Origin: Antedon mediterranea
Lineage: Eukaryota; Animalia; Echinodermata
Direction of reading: 5' to 3'
DNA length: 64,000 nucleotides
Assembly (NCBI RefSeq): GCF_964355755.1
Contig: NC_092670.1
Span: 36,382,388-36,446,387, forward strand
The translations under genes and the position numbers were made by a program. This document shows, in pieces, positions 18,495 through 32,172 of this stretch; the first letter of the stretch is position 1, and each line of letters begins with the position of its first letter. A model generated the notes under the pieces. It was not told the origin of the DNA. It saw nothing but the letters and a program-made list of their open reading frames with translations, and ran no database searches.

Positions 18495-21400
18495 TTAAAC
18501 GCTCATTACAACCTGAATAAACTGGAGGAAACAAATATTTTTGTCAATAAACAAACAACACTGAAAGGTTAAATGCCACAAAGCATTTAAATTAAAGCTC
18601 TGTCTACACTATCAAACTAGTTTGACAAAAAAATGTGTGATATGCCCAAATATGGTAGTGATATGCCCAAATATGGTAGTGATATGACATCATCAAGTCT
18701 ATATAAGGGCACATCACATTTTTTTGTCACATAAAGTTTGAATGTGAAGACAGAGCTTAAGGCACCTACTAATACTTAAAATAATTGTAATTTTAAACAC
18801 TTACATCATCATATTGGAACTGAGCATGGCCATTTCTTTGTGAATCACGCATTTGAAATGCACCTGAAAAAATATAAAACATTGCAGTTACAATCTCAAA
18901 ATTGTCAGAGAATAAATATTGAAGTCAAACTCTTTTGTATTTTAAATTTACATCAATAATCTGGACACATTGGGAAAGCCTAGAGCTCTGTCTACACTAT
19001 TAAACTAGTTTGACAAAACAAGTGATGTGCCCAAATATGCTAGTGATATGACATCATCAAGTCCATATAAGGGCACATCACATAAAGTTTGATAGTGTAG
19101 ACAGAGCTTAAGAGTATAAAGTTTTCATTGTTGATTGTGTTTGACTTTTCTATATTTTACATTACAATAAAAATCAAATTTTTGTAAATCATACTGTGTT
19201 GTGCATTTGTTTGCAAAATGTTATGTATTATTCTTCAATATAAATAATGTTTAAACTTACTTGTGAGAGCACGAAGACGGACTACACACGAAACAAAGTC
19301 ATCGAAGGTGATGCGACTGTTGGTTGAGTAACGTTTGACAAGGACACTTAGTGCTTGTGGACTGAGTGAATAGCCTATGAGAAGAATAACTTAAATGTTA
19401 GCAACACAAATAAAATACATTCAGAATACACCCACCCAATGATGTCGAAACACACCTCTTGCACAAAATGAACTGAAGTGAGTGTTGGACATTGGACTAC
19501 TGATCGTGACATCATGGTTGGAATCCTTGTCCAACTCTTGCCACATTGCTTGTATAAATATAAAATCACCCAGTTAGATCCAGACACAACTTTGCGCTGA
19601 TTACTAGCTGCATTATTATGGGAGTATGTTTCCATACATGTTTGATCCAAAAAAAAAAACAAATGACAGGGGTAATAATGTGCAGCGCATTGAGAGCATA
19701 CTTATAAGAATGAACAATTATTATTATTATTTTGAGGACACCATAAATAGCGAGCTTTTGATTTCTTAGAATGTAAAAATAATGTGCCATCATTGGTCGC
19801 TCGTAGAATTCGCAAAAAAAACTGAGTTGAAGAATCACACATCCCAATGTTCCTAAAGGCACACAATGAATTAACATGACAACTATTTTCTTGAAAACGC
19901 CATATAATAATAATACCCAATATGAGCAATATGACAATAGACAGAGTATTGTTATTGTGTCCAGTATATAATATTATAATGCAGGGTTCTCAACCAATTT
20001 GTGCCCAAAAGACATTACAGTTTACAGACAGAATTATGATTATTAGTTCCTTGTGTACAATTTTCTACACTAGATGCATTCACATTTATGATTCACCGGG
20101 CTCAGTCATCAGCATGATTATTCATTTTGTGTAAAAGGGTGATATAGGAGTCACTATAATTGATATACTGTGGACCTACCAAAACTTGCAATAGCAGCAT
20201 GCAACTCATGTGGCTCCACTGTACCGGAACGGTCCCGGTCATATTGCATGAAGGTGGTCTTCCATTGGTTCAGACTGGACCACAATTCTTTAAATTCATT
20301 GAATCCCATTTGACCTGACCTGTCACGCTGTGCACAAGTGGTTTAGGAAAATCATAGACATAACAGATTACATCATTATTCTTCAATGAAACCTAAGATT
20401 GAAACTGTATGTGACAACAACATGTGATGTGTCCATATGGACATGATGATGTCATAACATTACCATATTTGGGCATATCACCATCATATTTGGGCATATC
20501 ACCATCATATTTGGACATATCACTACCCTATTTGGGTACCTTGTAGGGCAATGTTAGCACCAATGACAAAGTGAAGAACTACCTGAAAATCTTGAGGCTC
20601 TCCCTCCCCCTTCCCCTCTTTTTTCAAAACACTACAGTAGATTTTCCACTGCCCCATGGTCTTATACATGAGTACATTGAATAGAAAACATCATTATATA
20701 TTTTTTTTCAAAGGATACGTCAAGCATTGCAATCATGATTCTAGCAGTTTCCAGACTAAATTCTAAAAGAAAAAATAAGATTACTTTTACAGCTTCATTT
20801 TGTAAGAAAACATTGCGATTTTTAAGAGATTTTTTCCAGAAACTTTCACATTGAAAATTGAATTCTCTCATTCATTGTAATACTGCAATATCCATTCTGT
20901 GAGTTGGATAAGACAGTGTATACTGTACTGTAACTTACGTTGATAAGTTCCACTAATACCAGACGCTGTAAGGCAGCGTTGGAGCTCATGAGCATCTATC
21001 TGCTGATCCTGAAAAACATTAAATATAATTTATTAAATAATATATATTTATTATATAAACACATCAGGCACAGAACATGAATTCTAAACCGCCCGGTGAT
21101 ATACTGAAATTGAATTAATTAATTTGAAACGATCAAAGATGAGAAAATCTGTGAGAATGGGAAAAAGTCACCCCGAGAATCTAACCGGGAACCTTCTGCT
21201 TCATATGCGGATGTCCTAACCATTAGACCACTAGGACTTTCATAGTATTGTTCAAACTCTCGGTATGATATGGCGGAACAGCACTAGTTCCTTAATTGTA
21301 CGCTGTGCATAATATCATATTTAATTATTGACCGTTCCTATAGAAATTACCTTCCATCTGTATATTTCTACAAGCCCATAGGGTGGTGGTTAGTAAGTGC

Positions 21401-24400
21401 CTAGAGACCCGCAAAAGTTCTAGTAAATAGGCCTATCTACGTATGACCAGAAGGTACATTTCATCTAATACTACATGAGGCCTAAAAATATTTTTTCCTC
21501 AGTAACCTTCCTCTTTGATGCATATGCTTACGCTTGCATTTGAATATTTAAAAAATATAACGTATCTAAAATTTTAAATGAGAAAATATATGGTTAATAA
21601 TGAATTCTGGCATCTTATTATGTAAATATACCGGTATTGTAACTACTTTAAACACTTACTTTTAATTGTCACAAATGTACTTATATGTATATAATATATT
21701 CATCAATGAGAATTTAAATAAACGTGAGAAGAACTCACACAAGACAAAAAAAAAAAAATATAACACCTGAAAAAATCCTGACTTTGAGCTTGATCTTTAA
21801 TGTACACAGTTTTTTTTTGTATTTTGTACGCATCCTCTATGTACTTATATTATAAAAAACATTTAAATTGCTCTATTATTACAATATTGTAACTATTGTT
21901 ATGTTATAGGGGCCGGACTCCATAAGTAAATTTATTAAATTTTTTTAAATAAATAATTTTTTTCTAGTTCCTTCTTTCTATGTTAATACAAATATTATTA
22001 TTGTTATAATTTTATTTGAATTTAAAAAAAAGAAAGGATATAAATTTGAATTTGACATGTATGTAATGTGTTGTATGTGAAAAATAAAGAACAATTGAAA
22101 GCTAATTGAAATCTATGTTATAATAGGTAATTTGATAATTATAACTTACAGCACCGGCCACAGCTGAAAAGTATCCCCACAGTGGGTCAACCTGAAAAGA
22201 AACAAGGGAATTATTAAAAGTAGTGTAAATGTGACTTAACATTGTTGTGTAGATATAAGCTAAACTAAATTGGTTCTCTATGAAATTAGGTAATCCACTG
22301 CACACACACTGTAATAAATAAGCTCAAATGATGCAAGGAATTTATTAAAAGTAAATTTGTTAAATAAATAGAGTTGAAGATATAACTAAAAAAAAAATAA
22401 AATAAAAAAAAAATAGAAATAGAAATAGATATACCAAAGTCGTAGTAATTTATTCAGCAAGGTATGGTATGACCATGGAGGAAATGTACCCTACAAGGTA
22501 GTAAAACTGTACTTTTGAAAATTGATGAAAGAGGTGCCAGTGAGCCATTATATTGAATTATTTGTGTGGATGTTACCAGTTTAACATACAGAAAGCAAAT
22601 TCTATAGGACATTGTGATCAGGCTTACAGATACTGTATTATTATAACTCTGTTAGTGATGTATACTTAACACTAACAGTCTTTAAATGTAATGTGTGAAT
22701 ATGCATCAAGGAAATAACCTTCATGGTACAACAATAGGAAGATGAGCAATGGCCTTCTACCTAGGTCAGGTCAACCAGATTTGTGGTCTTCTGTCACCTG
22801 GATCAGGATCTAGAAACCATCAAACCTGTGTTGAGGTGGGAAGCGAGGAAACACGTCCTAATATGCCCACAATAAATAAACATGACATACTTTGGTCGTC
22901 GCAAACCAAATGCTCTGTCTACACTATCAAACTTTATGTGACAAAAAAATGTTATGTGCCCATATAATATGGACTTTTCTTTGGGAATATCTACCATATT
23001 TATATTTGGGTACATTACACTTTTTTTGTCAAACTAGTTTGATAGTGTAGACAGAGTTTAAAATGTAGCTGTGATACCAGCTACAGGTACATGTCCTTGC
23101 TTTAAATTCACTAATAATTTATCAACAATAACAATATGTTAATTGTTAAGTCTATTTCGTGCCAGTTTACCTGGATAAACCGACAATAGCTTCCTCTATT
23201 CGAAAAGAGGATACAATTATAAGACATTCTGTTGAGCACTCCCATCAGATTATGGTATTCTCCATAAACTAGGCATTCAAGTGGGGAACTATCCCACCCA
23301 CATACCATCATCATTTATTGAGTTGACTTGTCAGTAGGGACATTGGAAATTTTGTTTATCTATATGTAAATGGCACTTTTAATAGACTACCAACACTGCT
23401 GTTGGTTTGTGTAATTTTAAATACAAAGAAAGACATATTTTCATTCCCACCTTTTTAATTTAAAATTCCATTCCTTAGTTTTTTTTATATTAAATAATTT
23501 AATGTATTTGTACAAATAGGGCCCTACTGTAGGCATAGAGAAGTAATAAGAGTAAAAAGTAATATAGATTCTAATCTATTCTGATAAACAATGCACTGAG
23601 CAAAAAGAATAAAATTAAAATCTGATATTAATTATCAGTGAAGGCATTCATAAATTAGTAAAGAAATGTGATATTAGTAATTGTATAGGGAAGGCAATAC
23701 AATTTATATTATTTTATTATAACAATCAACGACAATTATAATATAAAAAAATAAAAATATAGATGCAAATTAAAATAATATTATATGCGAAACATTGATG
23801 AATTTAAATACTTTATTTTTATTTATATTATGTTCATAGAACTGTGTGAGTGATGAACATTGAACATTGCAATTCCTTCTTAAAGAGGGTCTACTGAAGT
23901 TCATGTTTGGTTATATAAACTGTAGGCCATAATACATTTAAGAAAAGTTGGAAAATTTACCGTAGGGGGTGCTCCTGGGTAAGCAGGATATCCAGCTGGT
24001 GCCACACCCGGATAACCAGCTGGTGCAGCACCTGGATATCCAGCTGGCGCAGCACCCGGGTAACCCTGGAACCAAGGATGGAAAACAAAAAATGAACAAG
24101 GAACATAAAGAAATAATTAACATTATTAAAATAAAGTACTGTCATCTATACCTAACCAAGTCATCAAGCCAATTTAACAACCAGGAAACTGAGATCGCCT
24201 TGCCAATACAATAGGAACTGGAAAAAGTCCCGATCTTTGTCTGGCTCCGACAAGTACCAACCAACAGTATATTAGGCCTACACAGTAGGCCTATCCATTT
24301 GGTTCTGTTTGGTGTAGGCTAAACCCTTTTTTTATCTCCAGAGCTCAGCATCCTGTTGTTAGATTGCCTATTGAGCTAACCTAACCAGTTTACAGCAGTG

Positions 24401-24715
24401 GTGAGTGAAAATTGTGATTATAAAACACACTCTATTATCTAATCTATTGAACCTATATATTCAAAATAAACATCATCCTAGGCTAGGCCTGCAGCATGTC
24501 GAGGCTTCCTATCGTATCTACACAACAAGTACAGTGGCTAGAGTACAGTGTAGTGAGATACAGAAGAATAAGACGACGTCTCGCGTCCCGCCGCCTAGCC
24601 TACGCCCTAGTTACTGTCCTAAATAGCTGTGACTTAGCTAGATTTTATGGATTTGTTTATAAATGTATTTAACAAAAAATGTAATTACTGCTCCTGGTTG
24701 AGTTGGATATGCCAT
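18495..24715 (-). CDS. SRI: Sorcin/grancalcin-type penta-EF-hand calcium-binding protein (9 exons, ~211 aa)
   Basis: Exons 24715-24689, 24065-23961, 22191-22150, 21008-20939, 20762-20719, 20327-20180, 19374-19261, 18863-18805, 18521-18495; 636 nt. Sequence MAYP.., Gly/Pro/Tyr-rich GYPGAAPA repeats, [69 protein letters not shown]. Confidence 0.93.
19475..19730 (+). mobile_element. tRNA-derived SINE family A (CORE-like); other copies at 48850-49139 (-) and 54756-54953 + 58525-58556 (+)
   Basis: The best copy (48850-49139, minus) has A-box tggcgcagaacg, B-box ggttcgaatcc, a CORE-like aggcaagacaatttac..ccacccaggtgtataaaatgggta, the shared tail gcattgagagc..ataagaatgaa and (TAA)n. Confidence 0.75.
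20328..20718 (-). other. U12-type (minor spliceosome) GT-AG intron in sorcin
   Basis: Donor GTATCCTTT (20718-20710); branch-site-like TTTTCCTAAAC (20351-20341) about 13 nt from the terminal CAG; no polypyrimidine tract. Confidence 0.88.
21171..21238 (-). mobile_element. tRNA-derived SINE head
   Basis: Minus strand reads gtggtctaatggttagg...ggttagattctc (A- and B-box-like); no intact cloverleaf. Confidence 0.45.
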
Positions 24716-27700
24716 AATCTAGAATACAATCAGTAGATTTGAATTTAAATGCCGATCAAATTCTCCACCAGTCTTTCACTTCCTACCGTACCTGTGCAGC
24801 AGCCTGAATCGATCGGAGCAGGTACGGTACGGGGCGCAAATTTGCACATTTCCTAATTAAATTCATTCGGCAAAATCATTTCACAAGGACCTTTCGAATT
24901 AAATTATTTGTTCGGCATTGTAAAAATAAAAAACATTAATTGTTTGTTATATAAAACACCTACTATTAATGAGAGGCAAGATCTAAACCATTCGAGAACG
25001 CAGCACTACGATGTTGGATACCTAAGGGCAAGTAGAAATTATTTAAATCGATCAGGATACGGGAGAGAATTGCATTTTAGCAGGAGATGAAAATTACGCG
25101 AAATATCAGGAATCCGATCCCGATTATCTTATCGGGCAAGTAGGGAGGGAGGTTTCATTCATAAAACTTGGTGAATGCTCATACAATATTTCTTGTAATA
25201 TATTTTATTGCTAATAAAAGACATTCTGATCTCCGTTATTAAATGAATTTCTTTTTTATAACTGCATTCTGCCTAAAATTATAATTTCGTTTTTTTAATT
25301 AGGCCGACACGCATGAAGTGTCTATCTAACGGGCCGTAATCCCGGCCGTAATGGATGATCTTCTTCTCTACATCGTGAACTGTCGAAAAACTATTCAACT
25401 AAGTAGCATAAAAGGCGTTCGTGAATAAACTATAGGCCTCATAACGTTTTGGAAGGACCGGGTTTAGTTCCCATTTGCCGCTTATCTGTGGAAGTGTCTT
25501 TGAATAAACCTCGCTCTTCTCCTCACACCTCAAATAAACGACCCCAACGATTATTATTTTTCCCGACCCGCAACCTGCATACACAATGCTGTATTATAGA
25601 TAATTTGTATCGTATCATAGACTTCAATTTACCAAATTTTGATTCAATATTACAGTTAACATCTTATTAATTGTGTTGTAATGACGAATGCATTAAAATA
25701 GGCCTATATGCTATCATATTACACCCTAAAATAAACTCATTCCTTGAATAAATCCCCCTACCGAATAATAAAAACACTACGGTACTTACAATATCTATAC
25801 TAGTTGAATGCGAGCTCAAAATTGTCTTACCTTCGAATTGGAATAACGGTATATAGTTCTTCACAAACATAGAAGATAGACGTACACAGAGATCCTAGAT
25901 CAGCCGGCTGCATGGCTGCAGTAGTGCCTTGTGTAATGAGGTGCAACTGTATTAATATATGTATATAATATATCAGTGCGAGTATCAGAAATATCCCAAT
26001 CCCAACGATCAATATATTTTTTTAAAAATGTTGAGGATGAGTATCAATCCGAGATCAGAACCGTACAATGGCATGCCTCTCTTGCCGATATATATAATGC
26101 ACCAACTTTCAACCAAATCGGACTGGTCGTTACGGCGCCCCGTACATTATGCGAAATTAAACGGCTCAAAGCTATGTCTACACTATAAAACTAGTTTGGA
26201 CAAAATCAAACTTTATGTGACAAACAAATTTTGAAGTACCGTACCCAAATATGGTACCACAGTAGTTATTTTCTCAAATATGGTAGTGATAAGACATCAT
26301 CATGTCCATATAAATATATGGAACATCGTTTTTTTTGTCGCAAAAAGTTTGATAGTGTAGACAAGGCTTTATGTTGTGACATTGTAGACCTGGTTCAGTA
26401 CATCATATCTTAGGGCGACGCTCGATTTCTTCAATTAAAAAAACAACACAAATTTCGTATAAACACAGAATTCCAATGTTTTAATGTATATAAAGCATAG
26501 CAACACCATACAACATGGCCAGAACAATATTATTCAAATCATCACATTGTGTAAAGAAGTTATTCACTCAAATTTGCTTACAAATTACAGTAATTATATA
26601 ATCATTATCGATTAGGCCTTTACATAAATTTGTTCTATTTAAGATATTATGTTAAATGTTTTATTTTAAATGACTTTGAACCTTTTACACCAATTTCTAA
26701 TAAATGCAATTATTGAGTTTTTAGCCAATATGCAGCAACAACACATCTTCAAACAATCTACTGTATTAATAGCTTGGGTGCTAATGCACTTTCGCACCAC
26801 AATCTCTCGAGCTTACCAAATTGAAAACATTCACCTGCTGCGTGGCAGTGATGGTAAGTGACCGTGAAGTCTATGCCTAGTTTAGGTGCGAAACTGCAGT
26901 AGCGCTGAGATTGGCTACTACCTTATCTACTCAACATTATAATTAAAAGCTGAGCATGTTTTAGATAGTAATTCGCAATACAATATAAGAAAATTAGTTA
27001 TTAATGAACATTTACAGTATTTGTAATTATTGGAGAACATTAAGTATTGGGAATTCTATTGGAACTTTAGACAAATATCTTGCTGAATTTCATATTTTTT
27101 TTAGTTTACAATTAAAAACCAACATTACTGTACACCGTGGATTACTTAGCGTCAACTCGCACAAATTTGTTAAATACACAATATTAGGACTGATTATGAA
27201 ATACTGTATTATTTACTGTCTCCAAAACTTTTAATTTGAAGCCATTAAGATAGGAGAGTAAAATACAACAATGTGTGTGCAAAATCAATGGCTATTATTA
27301 GCATTATAGTAGTAGAAACGAAGAATACCCAAACTCTGAACATATTGTATATGGAATATGGCATTTCCTACATCAGATGTGCAATGTGCAAAATTTCTCG
27401 TCCTTATTGACGGCAACTTAACCTCCGTGAAAAAAACTAATTACATAAAATTTAAAAATTTACAAACCAAACTACTTTCATACGTAAAGCAATTAATATC
27501 AGATGATATTAATATAAAAAAAACAACAAATTAAAATGCCTTTTTAAGGCAAAAAACATTCAACTCAACATTTATCTTCTTTTAATACAGTAATACCATA
27601 TCCAAAATAAAATTAGTATACAAAAGTAAACATACATTATTTCAATAACACGAAAAGAGCATTCAATCAATCCATAACGACAGTCAACATTATGACGTGT

Positions 27701-28010
27701 GCTACTGTACACCAATTTACAATACATAACAAGGTCTAAATTTAGGGAATTTTCAATAAATGTACAAAACAAGGAACTAAAAGTAAAATTGTCTTTAAAA
27801 ATTACTACGCATCAGTTATCTATGCAAAAGTAAAACCCATTTTTCATAATTTATAATTATTAAAGATTAAATAAGCTCGGTCATCAACTACTGTATCAGT
27901 ATTGTACAGTAGTTAGTACTAAACCCACCATTGATAATTTCTAGAATACAGCATCATAATCAATTTTCTAATAAAGGGGAAAAATCAAGTTTTAATGGTA
28001 CAGTCTAAAT

Positions 28011-29003
28011 TTATCTGCTCATAGAACTTTGGGTAAGGGCATTGTGGATCCCCTGCGACACTATTGGGTAAGATACCATTGATGTTGGAACACTAAGAGG
28101 CACTTGGACCTGAGGTGCCATGGCAGACCCCATTGACACTGTGGTCAGACCAGTGGTCAAGCTACTAGTAAGGCCTGCAGGTGCTAGCAGTTGATTCTGC
28201 TCAGCTAGTGCTACAGCAGTGGCATCCTGTGTGATGGCCGTGGTCTGACCTATGATCATAGCAGGGGTTGAGGGCGTTGCATGAGACAAAATCGTCGAGT
28301 TGTTCAGTGAATGAGGCGCTTGACTTTTCACAGCAGAAGCCTGCCCTCCCATTCGCTGCGTCCTCAAACAAGCGTTTTGATCGAGTAGAACTTCATTTGC
28401 CGCAGTTAAGTCAGTGACTTTCTTTTTAAGTTCTTCAACGCGCTTGCGAAGAGCATAATTTTCGTCTTCGAGTTCACGAGTGTTGTTGTCCCTACCACCG
28501 CCGCCTATTCTATCGTAGCCATACATATCGTAACCTCCTGAATAGCGACGCCGCATGCGATCATACTCGTATTCGTCGTAGCTTGGTGGGCGATCATACG
28601 AATTCATCATTTTCATTCTACGGCGCATTCGCTGCTCATATTCATAATCCCCTTGGCTTATGTGTCTGTACTTGCATTTCATTCCGCGAGTACAGTCTCC
28701 TTTCAAATAATCTCGACAGATTGGGATTTCATCAGGGTCATAGGTGTTACCATGTCGGTTATCTTCAACGCCGGGAGGAAGTTTTCCCGTTTCACGGTAA
28801 TATTCTTCCTCTTCTCTAGAGCAATGAATAAACTTACAATTCATGCGTCTACATTCTCTGTTCTGGTAATCGTGACAAAACACTGATACAGTCTCAGTTG
28901 GAATGTCGTTCTCAGGATGCCTATATTTGCAGTTTTTGCCGCGCGCGCACACATTGCGCAGGTAGTCGCGGCAAACATCACTGTTGTCATTATTGTCAGC
29001 CAT
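28011..29003 (-). CDS. ZC3H10: CCCH zinc finger protein ZC3H10 (single coding exon, 330 aa)
   Basis: Three CCCH fingers (CRDYLRNVCARGKNCKYRH; CHDYQNRECRRMNCKFIH; CRDYLKGDCTRGMKCKYRH), coiled coil LEDENYALRKRVEELKKKVTDLTAANEVLLDQNA and C-terminal MVSYPI. Probable 5' UTR acceptor at 29131-29133 and non-coding exon 29753-29672. Confidence 0.92.
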   Translation of the reverse strand: MADNNDNSDVCRDYLRNVCARGKNCKYRHPENDIPTETVSVFCHDYQNRECRRMNCKFIHCSREEEEYYRETGKLPPGVEDNRHGNTYDPDEIPICRDYLKGDCTRGMKCKYRHISQGDYEYEQRMRRRMKMMNSYDRPPSYDEYEYDRMRRRYSGGYDMYGYDRIGGGGRDNNTRELEDENYALRKRVEELKKKVTDLTAANEVLLDQNACLRTQRMGGQASAVKSQAPHSLNNSTILSHATPSTPAMIIGQTTAITQDATAVALAEQNQLLAPAGLTSSLTTGLTTVSMGSAMAPQVQVPLSVPTSMVSYPIVSQGIHNALTQSSMSR

Positions 29004-29929
29004 TCTCAGAGTTTTAAGGATTCCACAGGCGTACTATAATTGGCAGCTCAGCGCTAGCTTGCTTTGGTAATTGGCTCTGCTCGGTGACGCCGATGCTGTG
29101 TTTGCTAACGCACGATCTTAGCTGGCGCAACTGCAAAACAGAACACAAATACGCAGCTGAAGATATGATGAATAGATATAAAATTCATTTTTATTGGGAA
29201 AGCAATAAAAAAAAATAATAGCAGGGGTGTCTTTTTTTTTTCAAAATACAATTACATACAGTAGAAAAGGAATAAAAGAGGATTTAAAATAGCTCATTTA
29301 TAAACTTGATTTACATTTGAATATAAGGTAAAAAATATTTTGTTTTAAACTATGAGGTAATCTAATAAATGTTGTTTATAGAAGATTCTATCCATGATGA
29401 TTGATGCGAATGCTTTGTACAATTTGTAGCGTTTTTCACAATGAAATGATCAGAAATGTAAAAAAAATGGATAAAAAAATACATGAAAACACCATTGGGA
29501 TTGAAAAGAAAATGTTAAATACGCTGCCGCAAATATAGTAGTTTAAAACTTGTGTTTGATGCTTTCTATTAGTATTTGAATACCTTCTTTACAAAAAGTA
29601 AAGAGATTGATACAGCTGTATCAATTGGTCTATATTTGCAACAGTTGACGTTCTGATAATACATTATTTACCTGGAGTAGCTTCGCATATGAGCGCACGC
29701 AGAATTAGCAATATTTGCAAGATCTTGTGGTCCCCGCAATCAAACGAAAGCAGCTGTGAAAAAAGAGAGGGTGGTCACATTTAATGTTCAGCAAAACCAT
29801 TTGTACTAGTAATGTAGGCCTATACTGTACTCAAACCACCACCACATAGGAAGGGCCTACTAGAATAAAGTTTTATACAATTAATAATTATATTAATATT
29901 ATTTCTTTGCTCATTTATCACATTGTGAT

Positions 29930-31075
29930 TTAAACTGCTGTCGCCGTCTTGGCTTAAATTAAGCCTCGTTTTGAGGGTTTGCTGTTTTGCATTGAAAAGG
30001 GAGAATCAGCCGACACCGCCGGCTTGCTCGACAGAGAACGTGACTTTAGGGCCTATTGTAGACGGGTTTGATTGGCTTTTTTTGCGAGGTGGTATGTTTG
30101 ACCCTGTTTGACGACGGAAAACTGTCGCTAGCCTGATAAAAATGCATAATTTCTAACTATAATTATAAACATTGAAGGCGCACAAATCTCTTTAAGCCTA
30201 GGCCTAGAGTACTACTAGTACCATGGCAAGCAGGTCTGATGGCAAGGTATATCGTTAAATGATCTCTCTCTCTGGTCCAACCCAAATCTTGAAAGCGCCC
30301 ATAATATAAAATAGTCAACCGGTAAAAAGGATTCGGTAAAAAAAGTAACAGGCTAACAACTGAGAATTAGTATAATCTTGCACTAAAATTATACAAAACA
30401 GCAACTAATGTATTATTAAATATCTAATACGTGAAATTGCAGCCAGGAATTGTTAAAAATATACCAATTTCAGAAGATGAATTCAGATTTGTTGCCAAAC
30501 GCAATCACACACTCTACTCTTTTACACACCAGGAAATAAATGGCGTCGTCATAATATACACAGCGCCCTCTCAATCCTATGCCGCTGCTGGCGCGCGGCC
30601 CTGCTGCATGCTGAGATCGTATGGTTAGTACCACCAAAGATCGTACACTTCGTGGCGCTATAGTATCTTTGGTTAGTACTATTTATCTTTGCCTTGGTCT
30701 AGCTTGTAGGGGCCTAGCATTTAAAAGTTTATTGTTTGCCATATTTGTCTTCCTTTTGTAAATTTGGTATCCAAAATATGATTTTTTAGATTATTTTCAT
30801 TCAATCATTTTATTAAATAGGATAGAAATCTCTTCACTTTTAAAGATCATTTTTAAGATCCTTTCAAGTTTGTTTATTTTTGTGATCCATGACAACAAAA
30901 CCACCAATCAATTAAGAAAGAAGCACGCACGTCACATTCAAGTCAATTTATCTGTCAATTTAAGGAAGAAAGGACCATCATGACAAACGAACTGAATATC
31001 CTTCTTGTATGAAGTAGGACCAAGCCTACCTTAGTACTACTGTATCTACCTAAATTTAAAGATAACAAATAACGT
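29930..31075. promoter_or_regulatory. Probable bidirectional promoter region between ZC3H10 and the STAND-TPR gene, including a non-coding first exon ending at the donor near 31074
   Basis: CpG-richer patches (29930-30130, 30540-30660), ATTGG (reverse CCAAT) at ~30071, CTCF-like cagcgccctct at ~30561, cacgtca at ~30928, donor ac|gtgagt at 31074 and acceptor 6 nt upstream of ATG 32173. Confidence 0.55.
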
Positions 31076-31263
31076 GAGTACAGATTTACACTAAAACAGT
31101 GATATAATAAATATTGCTGGTATTAAAATGAATTGAATGGGAGGTAGAATAGGCCTAGCCCTAGCACTGTAGCAGCAGTAGTACTAGTAGTAGGCCCTCT
31201 AGCTAGGTCCTAGGTCTAAAGGCTAGCCTAGTAGGCCTAGGCATGGAGGTATAGTAGAATACA

Positions 31264-31707
31264 GGTCAACCCGTACCCATGCCAACTCGTACCCACCAAC
31301 TCGTACCCAAATTTTGGCTTACTCGTACCCAAAATTTTGGCTGACCCGTACCCATCATTGGCTGACCCGTACCCATCATTGGCTAGCCCGTACCCAAGTT
31401 TAATGCTATTTAAAGTATATTTATATTACATTTAAACCCAGTTTTATTAAATTTTTAGATACCAATCATATGTTCGATATTATAATGGCAAAAACTATTG
31501 ACCTAAAAAGTATAATAATATGTACGAGTAAGCCAAATACTTGGGTACGAGTAAGCCAAATATTTAGGTACGAGTTGGCATGGGTACGGGTTGGTTTGGG
31601 TACGGGTTAGCCAAAGTGGGTACGAGTTGACCAATTATTTGGGTACGGGTTAGCCAAGTTGGGTACGAGTTGGCATGGGTACGGGTTGGTTTGGGTACGG
31701 GTTGACC
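31264..31707. mobile_element. Foldback element with repeated CGTACCC subterminal units
   Basis: GGTCAACCCGTACCCA...TGGGTACGGGTTGACC; about 7 forward units, an AT-rich spacer, then about 10 inverted units. Confidence 0.8.
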
Positions 31708-32172
31708 AGCACCCTTTATACCTTTATGGCCTAGACTAGTCTACAGACAGGAGGAGACAGTAGTAGAGAGGCCTTTACCTCCTATATATTTGATTATTAT
31801 TAATTCAATTCAATTCAACTTAACATTTATTTTTTCCTTCAAGAAAATGAGGTAAACATAACAAATTCCAGTAAAAAGTATAACAAGTCAATTGATGATA
31901 AAAAAAAAGTATACAGATATCAATAAAAGGAAGTAGGCAGTGCCCAAGAAGATACAAATCTTGTGGCGGGCCAGCCTATTTATTAAGTTTAAAGAGCTAG
32001 TAGGCCTATATATAGGCTATGCCCGCTCCCCCATTATATAAAGTACAAATCAATCTATTCTATAATAATTATTATATATTATTAATTGTATACTATTATT
32101 ATTATATATAGGCTAGGATGCCTAACTAACTACTATGCCTAATTTTCTTTTGTTGTTCTCCACCAGTAAAGG

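Noticed and set aside
22820-22860. GAAACACGTC as a third hammerhead
   Set aside because: No CTGANGA core or stem II at the right spacing upstream.
30995-31005. ATATCCTT as an AT-AC U12 donor (similar hits at ~45, ~22035, ~54827)
   Set aside because: No matching branch site or acceptor and no exon requiring it; a canonical donor lies at 31074.
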